A DNA stretch of 51,191 nt, from the NCBI GenBank assembly GCA_027344185.1, contig DAHWJK010000038.1, positions 1-51,191 of the forward strand, in the 5' to 3' direction. Under the pieces are notes generated by a model, which was given only the letters and a program-made list of their open reading frames with translations, was not told the origin of the DNA and made no database searches. This document shows positions 1 through 11,118 of the stretch, piece by piece. The number at the start of each line of letters is the position of its first letter. The first letter of the stretch is position 1. The stretch is from Thiobacillus sp. (GTDB lineage: Bacteria > Pseudomonadota > Gammaproteobacteria > Burkholderiales > Thiobacillaceae). Made by a program: the position numbers and the translations under genes.

Positions 1-25
1 CGGGTAGCGGCAGCCTCTCCATCAT
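1..25 (-). CDS. 5' end of a gene running off the window edge (MMERLPLP...), probably co-transcribed with the rpfG-like gene
   Basis: ATG at 25 on minus strand, 14 nt past the HD-GYP gene stop, GAGAAG upstream; too short to identify. Confidence 0.4.
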
Positions 26-39
26 GCGCTTCTCGGCCG

Positions 40-1161
40 TCAGCGGGGCGTGTCGCCCAGTTCCCGCATGATGGCGGCGACGGCGTCGATGCGCAGTTCG
101 AATGCGCGCACGCAGGCGGGATCGAAATGCCGGCCGCTTTCGGATTGGAGGTAAGCGAGGGCATCCTGGAACGACCACGCACCCTTGTAAGGCCGGTTGG
201 AGGTGAGCGCGTCGAATACATCGGCCACCGCCACGATGCGAGCGGGCAGCGGAATGTCTTCGCCGGCGAGCCCCTGCGGATAGCCGCTGCCGTCGTATTT
301 CTCGTGATGGCCGAGCGCGATTACCGCGCCCATCTGCAGATAGCGTGAAGGGCTGTCGGACAGGATTTCATGGCCGATCTGCGGATGGCGCCGCATCACG
401 ACCTGCTCCTCTGGGGTGTGTCGGCCGGGTTTGAGCAGAATATGGTCGGGGATGCCGATCTTGCCGATGTCGTGCATTGGCGAGGCCGCCTCGATTTCGT
501 CGCATTCCATCGCGGTGAGCTTGAGTTCCTCGGCGATCAGGCGGGCGTAGCGGGACATGCGGATGATGTGGTTGCCGGTTTCTTCGTCGCGGTATTCGCC
601 CGCCTTGGCCAGCTTCATCAGCGTCTCGCGTTCGCGCAGGCGCACCGCGCGGGTGGCCTGCATGACCTGCTCTTCCAGCCACTGTGCGCGATCGGCGACC
701 ACTTTCTGGCTGCGTCGCAGCGTCAGCAGGTTGAGGCAGCGCGCGCGGCATTCCAGCGGGTCGATCGGGCGGGTGAGAAAGTCGGTGGCGCCGTTTTCCA
801 GCGCCTGGTAGCGCACCTGGCGGTCTTCCACCACGGTGACGATGATCAGCGGCACGTCGGACAGGCGGCGCTCGGCGCGGACACGGCGGGTGAATTCGAT
901 ACCGTCCATGCCGGGCATGCGGTAGTCGGTGATGATCAGGTCCGGCGTCTCGACCTGCATGTGCGCCAGCGCTTCCAGCGGGTCGGCAAAGCTGCTGACC
1001 GCGACCCCGGGCTCCAGCGTACGCGCCAGCCCTTCGAGCAGGCTGCGCGCGGTGCTGCGGTCGTCGACAATGACCACCCGCGCGCCGCCGCGCGGCCGCG
1101 CATCCCCCGTCGGGGTGCTGGGCAAGTCGGGAGGCACGATGCGCAAGGGTGTGGAAGCCAT
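40..1161 (-). CDS. rpfG: Response regulator with receiver + HD-GYP c-di-GMP phosphodiesterase domains (RpfG-like)
   Basis: REC motifs VIVDD, DYRMPGMDG; HDIGKIGIPD and HHEKYDGSGYP motifs. Confidence 0.85.
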   Translation of the reverse strand: MASTPLRIVPPDLPSTPTGDARPRGGARVVIVDDRSTARSLLEGLARTLEPGVAVSSFADPLEALAHMQVETPDLIITDYRMPGMDGIEFTRRVRAERRLSDVPLIIVTVVEDRQVRYQALENGATDFLTRPIDPLECRARCLNLLTLRRSQKVVADRAQWLEEQVMQATRAVRLRERETLMKLAKAGEYRDEETGNHIIRMSRYARLIAEELKLTAMECDEIEAASPMHDIGKIGIPDHILLKPGRHTPEEQVVMRRHPQIGHEILSDSPSRYLQMGAVIALGHHEKYDGSGYPQGLAGEDIPLPARIVAVADVFDALTSNRPYKGAWSFQDALAYLQSESGRHFDPACVRAFELRIDAVAAIMRELGDTPR

Positions 1162-1255
1162 GATGTATTCTCTGCCGTATACGGTGGGTTATTGTGCCGT
1201 TTTGATCAATGTATCGGGTATTGGATCATTTACTTTAATGCGCTGGAGGCAAAAC

Positions 1256-2005
1256 ATGAAGAAAAACATGTTGTTGGGTTGGGTGGCCGGTCTGGCTTCG
1301 GCGCTGGGTTTGTGTATGTCCGCCGCCGCATCCGATTACGCCCGCGAAAAGAAATGGGCGGATGAAGTGCTGCCCGGGCTGGTAGTGGGCGAGCCGGTCT
1401 ATCTGCAGACACCGCGTGGCCACCATAAATTCCTGACCCTGTTCACCCCGGTGGAAGGCACCGACAAGGCCGTCATCGTCGTGCACGGTCTCGGCATCCA
1501 TCCCGACTGGGGCATGGTCGGCACCCTACGCACCGACCTGGCCGACCGCGGCTTCACCACCTTGTCGATCCAGATGCCGATCCTGGCGGCCGACGCCGGC
1601 GGCGAGCAATACCCGCCCACCTTCCCCGAGGCGGCCGAGCGCATCGGCGAGGCGGTCGCGTTTCTGAAAGGCAAGGGCTACAGGCAGATTGCCATCGTCT
1701 CCCACAGCATGGGCTCGCGCATGAGCCTGGCGTATCTGTCGGGCAAGCCGGATCCTGCGGTCAAGGCGTGGGCCAGCCTGGGCATTTCGACGGGTGATTA
1801 CACGACCCTGAAGCTGCCGGTGCTGGACCTGTATGGCGACAGCGACCTGCCGCCGGTGCTGGCCAATGCGGGCAAGCGCAGGCAAAGCTTGACGGCGACG
1901 GGTTCAAGGCAGGTGGTGGTGGCGCGCGCCGATCACTTTTTTACCGGCCGCGAGGGTGAAATGGTGAAGGCGGTGGCCGACTTCCTGAATGCGACGCTTA
2001 AATAA
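1256..2005 (+). CDS. Exported alpha/beta hydrolase-fold protein (DUF3530-like)
   Basis: GGAGG RBS before ATG 1256; signal peptide; HGLG, SHSMG nucleophile elbow, ADHFF. Confidence 0.75.
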   Translation: MKKNMLLGWVAGLASALGLCMSAAASDYAREKKWADEVLPGLVVGEPVYLQTPRGHHKFLTLFTPVEGTDKAVIVVHGLGIHPDWGMVGTLRTDLADRGFTTLSIQMPILAADAGGEQYPPTFPEAAERIGEAVAFLKGKGYRQIAIVSHSMGSRMSLAYLSGKPDPAVKAWASLGISTGDYTTLKLPVLDLYGDSDLPPVLANAGKRRQSLTATGSRQVVVARADHFFTGREGEMVKAVADFLNATLK

Positions 2006-2017
2006 TCCGGGGACTGG

Positions 2018-2063
2018 CCACCCAGCAAAAAGCCCCGCCGAAGCGGGGCTTTTTGCTGGGTGG
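2018..2063. terminator. Bidirectional intrinsic terminator
   Basis: Perfect 21-bp inverted repeat CCACCCAGCAAAAAGCCCCGC-cgaa-GCGGGGCTTTTTGCTGGGTGG with A/T tracts, between convergent genes. Confidence 0.85.
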
Positions 2064-2076
2064 GGCCCCGGCTTGT

Positions 2077-3339
2077 TTACACCGCCTCCCGCTTGCGCAT
2101 GCCGGCGGGCAGCAGTCTGAGGTCGACCAGCGCGGTGACGAGCGCCTTGGGGAAGGTCGCGTCCGCTTCGTACACCAGCTTGTAGTACTGGATTTTCATC
2201 GTCAGGGCGCTACCGAGCACGATGGCAAGGAAGGTGAGGATGGAACCCAGTGCCAGCGTCGAGAAACCGGTGACGCCCTGGCCGATGGTGCAGCCCATCG
2301 CCAGCACGCCGCCGAAACCCATCAGGACGGCGCCGATGAAATGGTTGCCGAAGTCGCGACCGGAAGCGAACCACTCGATGCGGAAGCTGCGCGAGATCAG
2401 CGCCCACAGCAGCGAGCCGGCGATCACGCCCGCCAGCGCCATGATGCCGAAGGTGAGCAGGGTGCGGTCGAAGCCATTGGCAACGTAGCCCAGCGTCTGG
2501 CCCATCGGGTTGATGAAGGTGAAGGACTGCGAGGCGAGCGGCGCGATGTCGGCAGGGGGGACGGCATCGGCCGGCGCGTAGAAATCCCAGCTCTGCACGT
2601 AGCTTTGCAGCGACATCGTTTCGCCATCCGCATTCACGACCACGTTGCTGGTGATGTACCAGGCAGCGAGCACCGCGAGGCCGACCACCAGACCGCCGAG
2701 GATGTTGTCGAAGCTGCCGCGGAATTCGGCCGACTTGAACGCCCAGATCAGCATCAGGCCGCCGATCAGGCCTCCCATCACCATGCGGCCGGTGGCGGCG
2801 TTGTCGCCGAACAGCAGTGCACCGAGATCCTGGTTGGTGGGCAGCGTGACCGAGGTCGGGCTGGTCCACGAATAGAACAGCGTCGAATAGAGCGTCTTGT
2901 CGCTGCCCGGGAAGGGGTTGATCATGAAGTAGGCAATCACCGCAATGACCAGCAGCACCATGACCGATTTGAGGTTGCCGCCGCCAACGCGGATCAGCGT
3001 CTTGTTGCCGCAACCGGAGGCGAGCGTCATGCCGATGCCGAACAACAGGCCACCGAGCACGTTTTCCAGCCAGACGAGATTGTTCTGCCGGTAGGGCGGG
3101 AAGGTGCTGGTGACGTTCACCATGCCGGCCGCTTCGAGCACCATCATGCCCAGCACGCCGACGGCAATGGCCAGCACCCAGGCGCGCATGCGGCCGGTAT
3201 CGCCCATGTTGACCCAGTCGGACACCGCGCCCATGGTGCAGAAATTGGTTTTATTGGCCACCGCGCCCAGAATCAGGGCGATGGCAAAGGTCGACCACAG
3301 GAAAAACGACTGGGCGCTGGCAAAATCTTCGTAAATCAT
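2077..3339 (-). CDS. YeeE/YedE family sulfur-compound (thiosulfate) transporter
   Basis: Multi-TM protein with conserved Cys motifs NFCTMG, LASGCG, AMGCTIG. Confidence 0.85.
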   Translation of the reverse strand: MIYEDFASAQSFFLWSTFAIALILGAVANKTNFCTMGAVSDWVNMGDTGRMRAWVLAIAVGVLGMMVLEAAGMVNVTSTFPPYRQNNLVWLENVLGGLLFGIGMTLASGCGNKTLIRVGGGNLKSVMVLLVIAVIAYFMINPFPGSDKTLYSTLFYSWTSPTSVTLPTNQDLGALLFGDNAATGRMVMGGLIGGLMLIWAFKSAEFRGSFDNILGGLVVGLAVLAAWYITSNVVVNADGETMSLQSYVQSWDFYAPADAVPPADIAPLASQSFTFINPMGQTLGYVANGFDRTLLTFGIMALAGVIAGSLLWALISRSFRIEWFASGRDFGNHFIGAVLMGFGGVLAMGCTIGQGVTGFSTLALGSILTFLAIVLGSALTMKIQYYKLVYEADATFPKALVTALVDLRLLPAGMRKREAV

Positions 3340-3509
3340 GACTCTACTCTCTCGTCTGGGATGGGGAGGCGGCGCGCGCGCGTCCGGATGAAACGCAGAA
3401 TTATAGCGATTTTCCCTTCAATAACAATGGCGTGCATTATCCGTGGACCGGTCCATTCATGCCGTTTACGCGCGCGCCGGTTTGTGTTTGGCAGGGGCGG
3501 ACGCCGGCG

Positions 3510-4406
3510 TCAACCCAGCAGGCGCGTCATGGCTTCGCGGTATTTCTCGCTGGTTTTGGCAACGATTTCCGCGGGCAGTTCCGGCCCCGGCGCCTGTTTG
3601 TTCCAGCCGCTGGCTTCCAGCCAGTCGCGCACGAACTGTTTGTCGAAGCTGGGCGGGCTGCTGCCCGGGCGGTACTGGTCGGCCGGCCAGAAGCGCGACG
3701 AATCGGGGGTCAGCGCCTCGTCGATCCACACCAGCCGGCCCGTTTCATCCAGCCCGAATTCGAACTTGGTGTCGGCGATGATGATACCGCGTGTGAGCGC
3801 ATACTCTGCCGCAGCTTTGTACAGCGCAAGGCTGACGTCGCGCACCTGCCGGGCCAGGTCCATTCCGATCAGCCCGGCCATCTGTTCGAACGGAATGTTT
3901 TCGTCGTGCGCGCCGACGGCGGCTTTGGTCGACGGCGTGAAGATCGGTTCGGGCAGGCGATCGGCCTGTTTCAAGCCGGCAGGAAGACAGACGCCACATA
4001 CCGACTGGCGGGCCTGGTATTCCTTCCAGCCCGAACCGGCCAGATAGCCGCGCACGATCGCCTCGACCGGCAGCGCCTTGAGCTTTTTCACCACGATGGC
4101 GCGGCCGGCGACCTGGTCGCGCTCGGCGTCGGCGACGACGGTTTCAGGCGCGATGTCGAGCGCTTGGCTCGGCACGATGGATTTGAGCCTGTCGAACCAG
4201 AAGGCTGACACCCGGGTCAGCACCTCGCCCTTGCCGGGAATCGGCGTCGGCATCACCACGTCGAAGGCCGACAGGCGGTCGGTGGTGACGATCAGCAATT
4301 TGTCGTCGCCGACGGCGTAGATGTCGCGCACCTTGCCCGTGTGGACCCGCGGCAGGGAAGCAATGCGCGATTCGAGAAGCGGTTGGCCGGAACGGGACGC
4401 GGACAT
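3510..4406 (-). CDS. purC: SAICAR synthase (in frame with the upstream AI-2E ORF)
   Basis: [44 protein letters not shown] motifs; internal ATG at 4406. Confidence 0.95.
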   Translation of the reverse strand: MSASRSGQPLLESRIASLPRVHTGKVRDIYAVGDDKLLIVTTDRLSAFDVVMPTPIPGKGEVLTRVSAFWFDRLKSIVPSQALDIAPETVVADAERDQVAGRAIVVKKLKALPVEAIVRGYLAGSGWKEYQARQSVCGVCLPAGLKQADRLPEPIFTPSTKAAVGAHDENIPFEQMAGLIGMDLARQVRDVSLALYKAAAEYALTRGIIIADTKFEFGLDETGRLVWIDEALTPDSSRFWPADQYRPGSSPPSFDKQFVRDWLEASGWNKQAPGPELPAEIVAKTSEKYREAMTRLLG

Positions 4407-5495
4407 GGCGGGCTCGGTAGGCTGAAAAGAGGCGGCATTATAGCCGCCGCGATAAAGGCCGCTCTGCTCGTATACGCCGCGCAGTTCGCGCAGCGCCACC
4501 AGCAGCACCGCCGCCAGCGGCACCGCCAGCAGTACGCCGACGAAGCCGAACAACTGGCCGAACGCGGCCAGCGCGAAGATGACGGCCACCGGATGCAGGC
4601 CTACCCGTTCGCCGACGATGCGCGGGGTGATCACGTAGCCTTCGAGGAGCTGGCCGACCATGAAAATCCCCGCCACCCAGGCCACCCCGCTCCAGTCGCC
4701 AAACTGCAGCAGCGCAACCAACAGGGCCAGCGTCAGGCCCAAACCGATTCCGAGGAACGGCACGAAGGACAGCAGTCCGGTCAGAATGCCGATCGGCAGG
4801 GCATAGTCGAGACCGATCGCCCACAGCGCGATGGCGTGATACAGCGCGAGCAGGGTCATGACCGCCAGTTGCCCGCGCAGGAACTCGCCGACCACTGCAT
4901 CCATCGCGCACGCGACGCGGGTGGCGGTCGCCATCCAGGGGCGCGGCACCAGCGCGGCGACGCGCGCCACCATCACGTCCCAGTCCTTCAGCAGATAAAA
5001 CATCACCACCGGAATCAGCAGCAGGTTGACCACCACGCCCAGGACGGCAAGCGCACCGGTCTGCAGCGATGGCAGCCAGCTGTCGCTGTTTTCAGTGGCC
5101 TGCTCGGTCATCCAGCTTTTGAGCGCATCGAGATTGGGGGCGATGGTGATGCCGAGGGTCTCTTGCAGCCAGGGCAGGAAGCGGGTTTGCAACAGGTCGA
5201 GAAAGGCCGGGAGGCGCTGGCTCAGCTCGGCAAACTGGCCTTGAAACAGCGGCAGGGCAATCAGGATCAGGCCAAAAACCGCGAGGCCCGCCAGCACGAT
5301 CACCGCAACCGTTCCGCTAACGCGTGACCACCCGTGCGCTTCCAGCCGATCGACCAGCGGATCGAACATGTAGGCGAGCAGGGCGCCGGCGAGGAAAGGG
5401 GTGAGGATGGGCCCCAGCAGGTAGATCAGCCAACCCGCGACAAGCAGGAAGAACAGCGCGAGCCAGGGCAGGTTGAACGGGCGGGGAGTCGTCAT
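4407..5495 (-). CDS. AI-2E family (PerM-like) transporter, no stop codon before purC
   Basis: Hydrophobic protein with [24 protein letters not shown] motifs; usual position divergent from purM. Confidence 0.85.
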
Positions 5496-5535
5496 AGGCG
5501 GTAAAATACCGCACTTTTTGATTCTGGAGCCGGGC

Positions 5536-6564
5536 GTGTCATCCATTTCCTACAAAGATGCCGGGGTCGATATCGACGCGGGCGATGCCCTGGTCGAGCG
5601 CATCAAGCCGCTGGCCAAACGCACCATGCGGCCCGAAGTACTGACCGGCATCGGCGGCTTCGGCGCGCTGGTCGAAATTTCCAAGAAATTCAAGGAACCG
5701 GTGCTGGTGTCCGGCACCGACGGCGTCGGCACCAAGCTCAAGCTGGCGTTCGAGCTCAACCGCCACGACAGCGTCGGCATCGACCTCGTCGCGATGAGCG
5801 TCAACGACATTCTGGTGCAGGGCGCCGAACCGCTGTTCTTCCTCGACTACTTCGCCTGCGGCAAGCTCAGCCTCGACACCGCCGAAGCGGTGATCGCCGG
5901 CATCGCGAAGGGCTGCGAGCAGGCCGGCTGCGCGCTGATCGGCGGAGAGACTGCCGAGATGCCCGGAATGTATCCCGACGGCGAATACGATCTGGCCGGT
6001 TTTGCCGTCGGCGTGGTGGAAAAATCCAAGGTCATCGGCGGCCAGACCATCGCGGCGAGCGACGTGGTACTGGGGCTGGCGTCTTCCGGCGCACATTCGA
6101 ATGGCTATTCGCTGTTGCGCAAGCTGATCGACGTGTCCGGCATCGGGCTGAAGTCCGACTTCCACGGCCGTCCCTTTGCCGACGCCGTGATGGCCCCGAC
6201 GCGCATCTACGTCAAGCCGCTCTTGGCGCTGATGGAAAAACTCCCGGTCAAGGGCATGGCGCACATCACCGGCGGCGGCATCACCGGCAACCTGCCGCGC
6301 TGCCTGCCGGAAAGCGTCGCCGCGCGCGTCGACCCAACCCGCTGGTCGCGGCCGCCGCTGTTCGACTGGCTGCAGCAGGCCGGCAACGTCGAGCCGGCCG
6401 AAATGCTGCGCACCTTCAACTGCGGCATCGGCATGTGCGTGGTGGTGGCGGCCAGCGATGCCGCAGCCGCCATCGCACATCTTCAGGCCAGCGGCGAAAC
6501 CGTCTGGCAGATCGGCGAAATCGTCGCGCGCCCCGACGGCGCGGAGCAGGTGATCTATCCGTGA
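5536..6564 (+). CDS. purM: Phosphoribosylformylglycinamidine cyclo-ligase
   Basis: [40 protein letters not shown]; GTG start after GGAG. Confidence 0.97.
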   Translation: MSSISYKDAGVDIDAGDALVERIKPLAKRTMRPEVLTGIGGFGALVEISKKFKEPVLVSGTDGVGTKLKLAFELNRHDSVGIDLVAMSVNDILVQGAEPLFFLDYFACGKLSLDTAEAVIAGIAKGCEQAGCALIGGETAEMPGMYPDGEYDLAGFAVGVVEKSKVIGGQTIAASDVVLGLASSGAHSNGYSLLRKLIDVSGIGLKSDFHGRPFADAVMAPTRIYVKPLLALMEKLPVKGMAHITGGGITGNLPRCLPESVAARVDPTRWSRPPLFDWLQQAGNVEPAEMLRTFNCGIGMCVVVAASDAAAAIAHLQASGETVWQIGEIVARPDGAEQVIYP

Positions 6565-6571
6565 GCGGGAC

Positions 6572-7213
6572 GTGACAGCACACCCTATTCGCGTCGTCGT
6601 GCTGCTGTCGGGGCGCGGCAGCAATTTTCAGGCGATTGTCGAGGCGCAGCTGCCGATCGACATCGTCGCCGTCGTCAGCAACCGGCCGCAGGCGGAGGGA
6701 CTCGACTATGCGCGCGCCAATGGCCTCAACGCCGTCGCGCTCGATCACACCGAGCACGCCGACCGCGAGGCCTTCGATACTCTGCTGGCGGACGAAATCG
6801 AACGTCATCGGCCCGACCTCGTGGTGCTGGCGGGCTACATGCGCATTCTCGGCGCCGCGTTCATCGCGCGCTTCGAGGGCCGCCTGCTGAACATTCATCC
6901 TTCGCTGCTGCCCATGTTTCCGGGCCTCAAGACCCATGAGCGTGCGCTCGCGGAAGGCGTGAAAATCCACGGTTGCACGGTGCACTTCGTGACCCCCCAG
7001 CTCGATCACGGTCCCATCGTCATCCAGGCGGCGGTGCCGGTGCGAACCGACGACACCGCTGCCACGCTGGCCGCCCGTGTGCTGGCCCAGGAGCACCGCA
7101 TTTATCCCCAGGCGGTTCGCTGGTTTGCCGAAGGGCGACTGGAAATAAACTGCGGGCGCGTAAACTTGAAGGAGGATCCGACGTCACAGTCCGTGTTATC
7201 CACTGGAGCGTGA
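6572..7213 (+). CDS. purN: Phosphoribosylglycinamide formyltransferase
   Basis: LSGRGSN, LAGYMRIL, NIHPSLLP, GCTVHFV. Confidence 0.97.
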   Translation: MTAHPIRVVVLLSGRGSNFQAIVEAQLPIDIVAVVSNRPQAEGLDYARANGLNAVALDHTEHADREAFDTLLADEIERHRPDLVVLAGYMRILGAAFIARFEGRLLNIHPSLLPMFPGLKTHERALAEGVKIHGCTVHFVTPQLDHGPIVIQAAVPVRTDDTAATLAARVLAQEHRIYPQAVRWFAEGRLEINCGRVNLKEDPTSQSVLSTGA

Positions 7214-7215
7214 TC

Positions 7216-7914
7216 ATGTCAAAAACCCTGCTGTTGGCCTTGAGCCTGTTCGCCGTCACCGTCCAAGCTGCCCCTCCGCAGCGCGTGAACGTGGTGTATG
7301 ACCTCTACCGCAACGGCCACAAGCTTGGCCAGGTGACCGACACCCTGACCCGCACCGGCAACCGCTATACGCTCGTCAGCGAAACCCGGGCCACCGGTCC
7401 GCTGAAGGCGCTGTGGCCGGGCAGTATCCGCCTTGAAAGCGCCGGCGAGGTGACGCCGCAGGGCCTGCGCCCCACGCAATTCAAGCATGCGCGCAGCGAT
7501 GCGCCGCACAAGCTGGCAACCGCACGCCTCGACTGGAAAGCCCGCACCATTGCCTACCAGTACAAGGGCGAGTCGTGGCAGATGAACGGCCTCGAGGCGG
7601 GCGCGCAGGATCAGTTGTCGCAGCTATACCAGTTCATGTTCGCCCCCCGGCTGCCTGCCGATTTCGGCCTGCAGGTGGTGAGCGGGCGCGACCTCAAGGA
7701 CTACCACTTTGCCCGCACCGACGGCGGCACGCTGACGACGCCGCTGGGCGCGCTGGCTACACAGCAGTTTCAGCGCATCACGCAGCAGCCCGACGACAAG
7801 GCCGTCACCGTCTGGGTGGCGCCGGCACGCCACAATCTGCCGGTGCAGATCCGGGTGAGCGAAGACGGCGTCACGCTGGAACAGCGCCTGGTGCATGCCA
7901 GCATCAAGGGCTAG
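7216..7914 (+). CDS. DUF3108 domain exported protein
   Basis: Signal peptide; GLRP, QDQLS, TPLG, VWVAP...LPVQIR pattern. Confidence 0.7.
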   Translation: MSKTLLLALSLFAVTVQAAPPQRVNVVYDLYRNGHKLGQVTDTLTRTGNRYTLVSETRATGPLKALWPGSIRLESAGEVTPQGLRPTQFKHARSDAPHKLATARLDWKARTIAYQYKGESWQMNGLEAGAQDQLSQLYQFMFAPRLPADFGLQVVSGRDLKDYHFARTDGGTLTTPLGALATQQFQRITQQPDDKAVTVWVAPARHNLPVQIRVSEDGVTLEQRLVHASIKG

Positions 7915-7930
7915 AAAGGCCGGGTAGCGC

Positions 7931-8983
7931 GTGCACGACCGACATCTGTGGGGGCTGGCGCTGGCGATCTCGCTGCTGCTGCATGTCGGGCTCATGCTGG
8001 GGGTGTGGAGATGGAACCGGGCGCCGCTGGCACCGGCGCCCACGTCGCAGTTGATCGAGGCGCGTCTGGTCGCGACGCCCGCCGTCATCACGCCACCTGC
8101 CAAGGCGCCGGTGCGGCCATCCCCGCCGAGGCCGGCGCCCAAGTTGCCGCGCGAACCCGTCCCCGAAGCCACTGTGCCGGATGAACTGATCGCGCAGCCG
8201 CTACCTGGCCTTGCCGCACGGCAAACGGCGGACCTTCTCCTCGAAACGCCAGAACCCGTCGCCGAAGCCATCGAAACGCCAGAATCCGTCCCCGAAGCCA
8301 TCGCCGAACCTGTTGCGGACGCGGTGTCCGAGGCCGTGCTGCCGGCGTTGAATGCGCTGCCGCCGCGCATCGACATGCGCTTCCAGGTGCGTTACGGCTT
8401 CGCAACCGGAGAACAGACGTTGCTGTGGGTGAGCGACGGCACGCACTACACCGTTACCAGCGTGGCAGCGGCAAGGGGCCTTGTCGGGGTGTTCTACCGC
8501 GGTCGTTTTGTGCAGACCAGCCGCGGTCGCATCACCCCGCAGGGCCTGCAACCCGAGGAATTCTGGGACCAGCGCGGCGACCGGCGCAGCAGCGCCCGCT
8601 TCGATGCGGCCCACAGCCGCTACACGCTGACGCCGGCCAGTGGCCCGCCGCGTCATTTCGACACGACCGGACGGGATCCGCAGGATGCGCTCAGCCTGTT
8701 TTTCCAGTTTGCACTGACCGCGCCGCCGACCGAGACCGAACTGACTTACGCCGTGTTCAATGGCCGCAAGTTGCGCGATTACGTCTACACCGTGCGCGGC
8801 GAAGCCATGCTCGAAACCGAACTGGGTGTACTGCGCACGCTGCATCTGGTGCGCCAGCTCGACGGCGACGGCCGTTTTGAAATCTGGCTGGCGATCGATC
8901 GGCATTACCTGCCGGTGCGGGTGCTGCGCAGCGACGACAAGGGCAATGAGGTGGAACTCAGGGTGCAGTCGATTGCGCCCTAG
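7931..8983 (+). CDS. DUF3108 domain protein with N-terminal anchor and Pro/Glu-rich linker
   Basis: SLLLH anchor, proline-rich linker, QDALS, EIWLA...LPVR. Confidence 0.7.
   Translation: MHDRHLWGLALAISLLLHVGLMLGVWRWNRAPLAPAPTSQLIEARLVATPAVITPPAKAPVRPSPPRPAPKLPREPVPEATVPDELIAQPLPGLAARQTADLLLETPEPVAEAIETPESVPEAIAEPVADAVSEAVLPALNALPPRIDMRFQVRYGFATGEQTLLWVSDGTHYTVTSVAAARGLVGVFYRGRFVQTSRGRITPQGLQPEEFWDQRGDRRSSARFDAAHSRYTLTPASGPPRHFDTTGRDPQDALSLFFQFALTAPPTETELTYAVFNGRKLRDYVYTVRGEAMLETELGVLRTLHLVRQLDGDGRFEIWLAIDRHYLPVRVLRSDDKGNEVELRVQSIAP
8241..8303 (+). repeat. 30-bp tandem duplication in linker (ETPEPVAEAI/ETPESVPEAI)
   Basis: TCGAAACGCCAGAAYCCGTCSCCGAAGCCA twice. Confidence 0.75.
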
Positions 8984-8992
8984 ATTCAGACG

Positions 8993-9433
8993 CTAACGCG
9001 GCAGCCCGTCCACGCGTGCGCCCGGCGCGATGCCGCGCTGGCGGAAGGCGCCCTGTTTCGCTTCCAGCGCATAGCGGATGTCGGCATGGGGGCAATGCAG
9101 GGTCTCGCTGCGCGGCTGCATGTCGGCGAGGCTGACGATGCGGCCCGCCGAATCGATGAATGCAATCGATAGGGGCAGCGGCGTGTCTTTCATCCAGAAG
9201 CAATGACGGTCGGGCTGCCCGAACACGAACAGCATGCCGCCATCGGCGGCAAGGTGAGTGCGCCCCATCAGGCCGCGCTGTCGCTGTTGCGGTGTGGTGG
9301 CCAGTTCGACCTGGAAGGCATGCGCGCCGATGCGCAACGGAAGCAGGGGCGCCGTGCCGTCGGCGCTGGCTACGCCGCACGGCAGAAGCAGTGCCCAGGT
9401 GAAAACGCTTATTTTATATGCGCTAAAGCGCAT
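8993..9433 (-). CDS. DUF192 family protein
   Basis: RQRGLMGR, GMLFVF, FWMKDTPLPLSIAFID, YALE. Confidence 0.9.
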   Translation of the reverse strand: MRFSAYKISVFTWALLLPCGVASADGTAPLLPLRIGAHAFQVELATTPQQRQRGLMGRTHLAADGGMLFVFGQPDRHCFWMKDTPLPLSIAFIDSAGRIVSLADMQPRSETLHCPHADIRYALEAKQGAFRQRGIAPGARVDGLPR

Positions 9434-10634
9434 GACGCATCTGCTCGGCCAGCTGCAGCGCGACGTCCAGATCGGCGTCGAGCACGTTGAAATGGCCCAT
9501 CTTGCGGCCCGGTCGCGCGGCTTCCTTGCCATAGAGATGCAGTTTGATGTTGGGATGCGCGAGCAGCGCGTCCCAGTGCGGTCCGCCGTTGTGCCAGCGG
9601 TCGCCGAGGATGTTGACCATGGCCGCCGGCGACAGCAGGCGGGTATCGCCCAGCGGCAGGCCGGCGAGCACGCGCACCTGCTGTTCGAACTGGTCGGTGA
9701 CGCAGGCGTCGAGCGTGTAGTGGCCGGAGTTGTGCGGGCGCGGCGCGATTTCGTTGACCATCAGCCGGCCATCCGCGATGAAGAATTCGACCGCCATCAC
9801 CCCCACATAGCCGAGCTTGCTGGCGATGTCGCGCGCCATCTCGCGCGCCTGCTGCGCGAGGCCGTTGGACACGCGCGCGGGGACGATGGAGACATCGAGG
9901 ATGCCGTTTTCGTGACGGTTCTCGGACACGGGATACAGGGCGCATGCGCCGTCGTCGCTGCGCGCCAGCACCACCGACACCTCGCGCTCCAGCATGACGA
10001 AGCCTTCCAGCACGCAGGGCTGGACGTCGAATTCGCGGAAGGCGGCGCGCGCTTCATCGAGCGTGGCGACGCGCGCCTGGCCCTTGCCGTCGTAGCCGAA
10101 GCGCGACACCTTCAGCAATGCCGGCGTACCGGTCTTCGCCAGCGCAGCCTCGAGGTCGGCCTCGTTGTTGACCAGCGCAAACGGCGCGGTGGCGAAACCG
10201 TTGCTGGCGAGCCAGGATTTTTCGTGGCTGCGGTGCTGCAAGATGGCGACGGCGTTGGCGTCGGGCGATACGCGGCACCAGGCTGCCAGCGCGATCAGGC
10301 TGGCAGCCGGCACGTTTTCGAACTCGGTGGTGACGGCGTCGCAGCGTTCGCCCAGCTGTCGCAACGCTTCGGCGTCGGTGTAGTCGGCCTGCAGGTGGAC
10401 GTCGGCTATCTGCCCGGCAGGGCTGGAAAAATCGGGGTCGAGCACCATCACCTTATAACCCATGGTGCGCGCGGCGAGGGTGAACATGCGGCCGAGCTGG
10501 CCCCCGCCGAGAATCCCCAGGGTCGCGCCGGGCAAAATGGGCAGCTTCGCCTTAAAGGACGCCGATCCATTACGGGCTGAAGCCCGTGTGGAATCGTATG
10601 CGCCGGGCAAAACAGGCAGCGGTTTACTCGGCAT
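9423..10634 (-). CDS. purK: N5-CAIR synthase
   Basis: [43 protein letters not shown]. Confidence 0.96.
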   Translation of the reverse strand: MPSKPLPVLPGAYDSTRASARNGSASFKAKLPILPGATLGILGGGQLGRMFTLAARTMGYKVMVLDPDFSSPAGQIADVHLQADYTDAEALRQLGERCDAVTTEFENVPAASLIALAAWCRVSPDANAVAILQHRSHEKSWLASNGFATAPFALVNNEADLEAALAKTGTPALLKVSRFGYDGKGQARVATLDEARAAFREFDVQPCVLEGFVMLEREVSVVLARSDDGACALYPVSENRHENGILDVSIVPARVSNGLAQQAREMARDIASKLGYVGVMAVEFFIADGRLMVNEIAPRPHNSGHYTLDACVTDQFEQQVRVLAGLPLGDTRLLSPAAMVNILGDRWHNGGPHWDALLAHPNIKLHLYGKEAARPGRKMGHFNVLDADLDVALQLAEQMRHAL

Positions 10635-11118
10635 CGGGCAGGTCCATCGCCATCACCGAATCCGACTGGCCGCGGCGGAAGTCCTTGAGCTGCTGTGCGA
10701 GACCGGCGTCGTAACGCGCAATCAGCGCCGCCGCAAACAGCGCCGCGTTGGCCGCGCCGGCTTCGCCGATCGCGAACGTGGCGACCGGGATGCCTTTCGG
10801 CATTTGCACGATCGAGAGCAGCGAATCCATGCCCTTAAGGTATTTCGACGGCACCGGCACGCCCAGCACCGGCACGATGGTCTTCGACGCGAGCATGCCA
10901 GGCAGGTGGGCGGCGCCGCCGGCGCCGGCGATGATGGCCTTCAGCCCGCGCGCCTCCGCGCTGGCCGCGTATTCGTACAGCAGGTCCGGGGTGCGATGCG
11001 CCGACACCACCTTGGCCTCGAAATGGACACCCAGCTGCTTCAGCAGCAGCGCCGCGTGCTTCATCACCTCCCAGTCGCTGGAAGAGCCCATCACCACACC
11101 GACCAGAGGCGCATTCAT
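10624..11118 (-). CDS. purE: N5-CAIR mutase
   Basis: [36 protein letters not shown]. Confidence 0.97.
   Translation of the reverse strand: MNAPLVGVVMGSSSDWEVMKHAALLLKQLGVHFEAKVVSAHRTPDLLYEYAASAEARGLKAIIAGAGGAAHLPGMLASKTIVPVLGVPVPSKYLKGMDSLLSIVQMPKGIPVATFAIGEAGAANAALFAAALIARYDAGLAQQLKDFRRGQSDSVMAMDLPDAE

Noticed and set aside
2053-4047. 664-aa plus-strand ORF
   Set aside because: Antisense to yeeE/purC and starts inside a terminator
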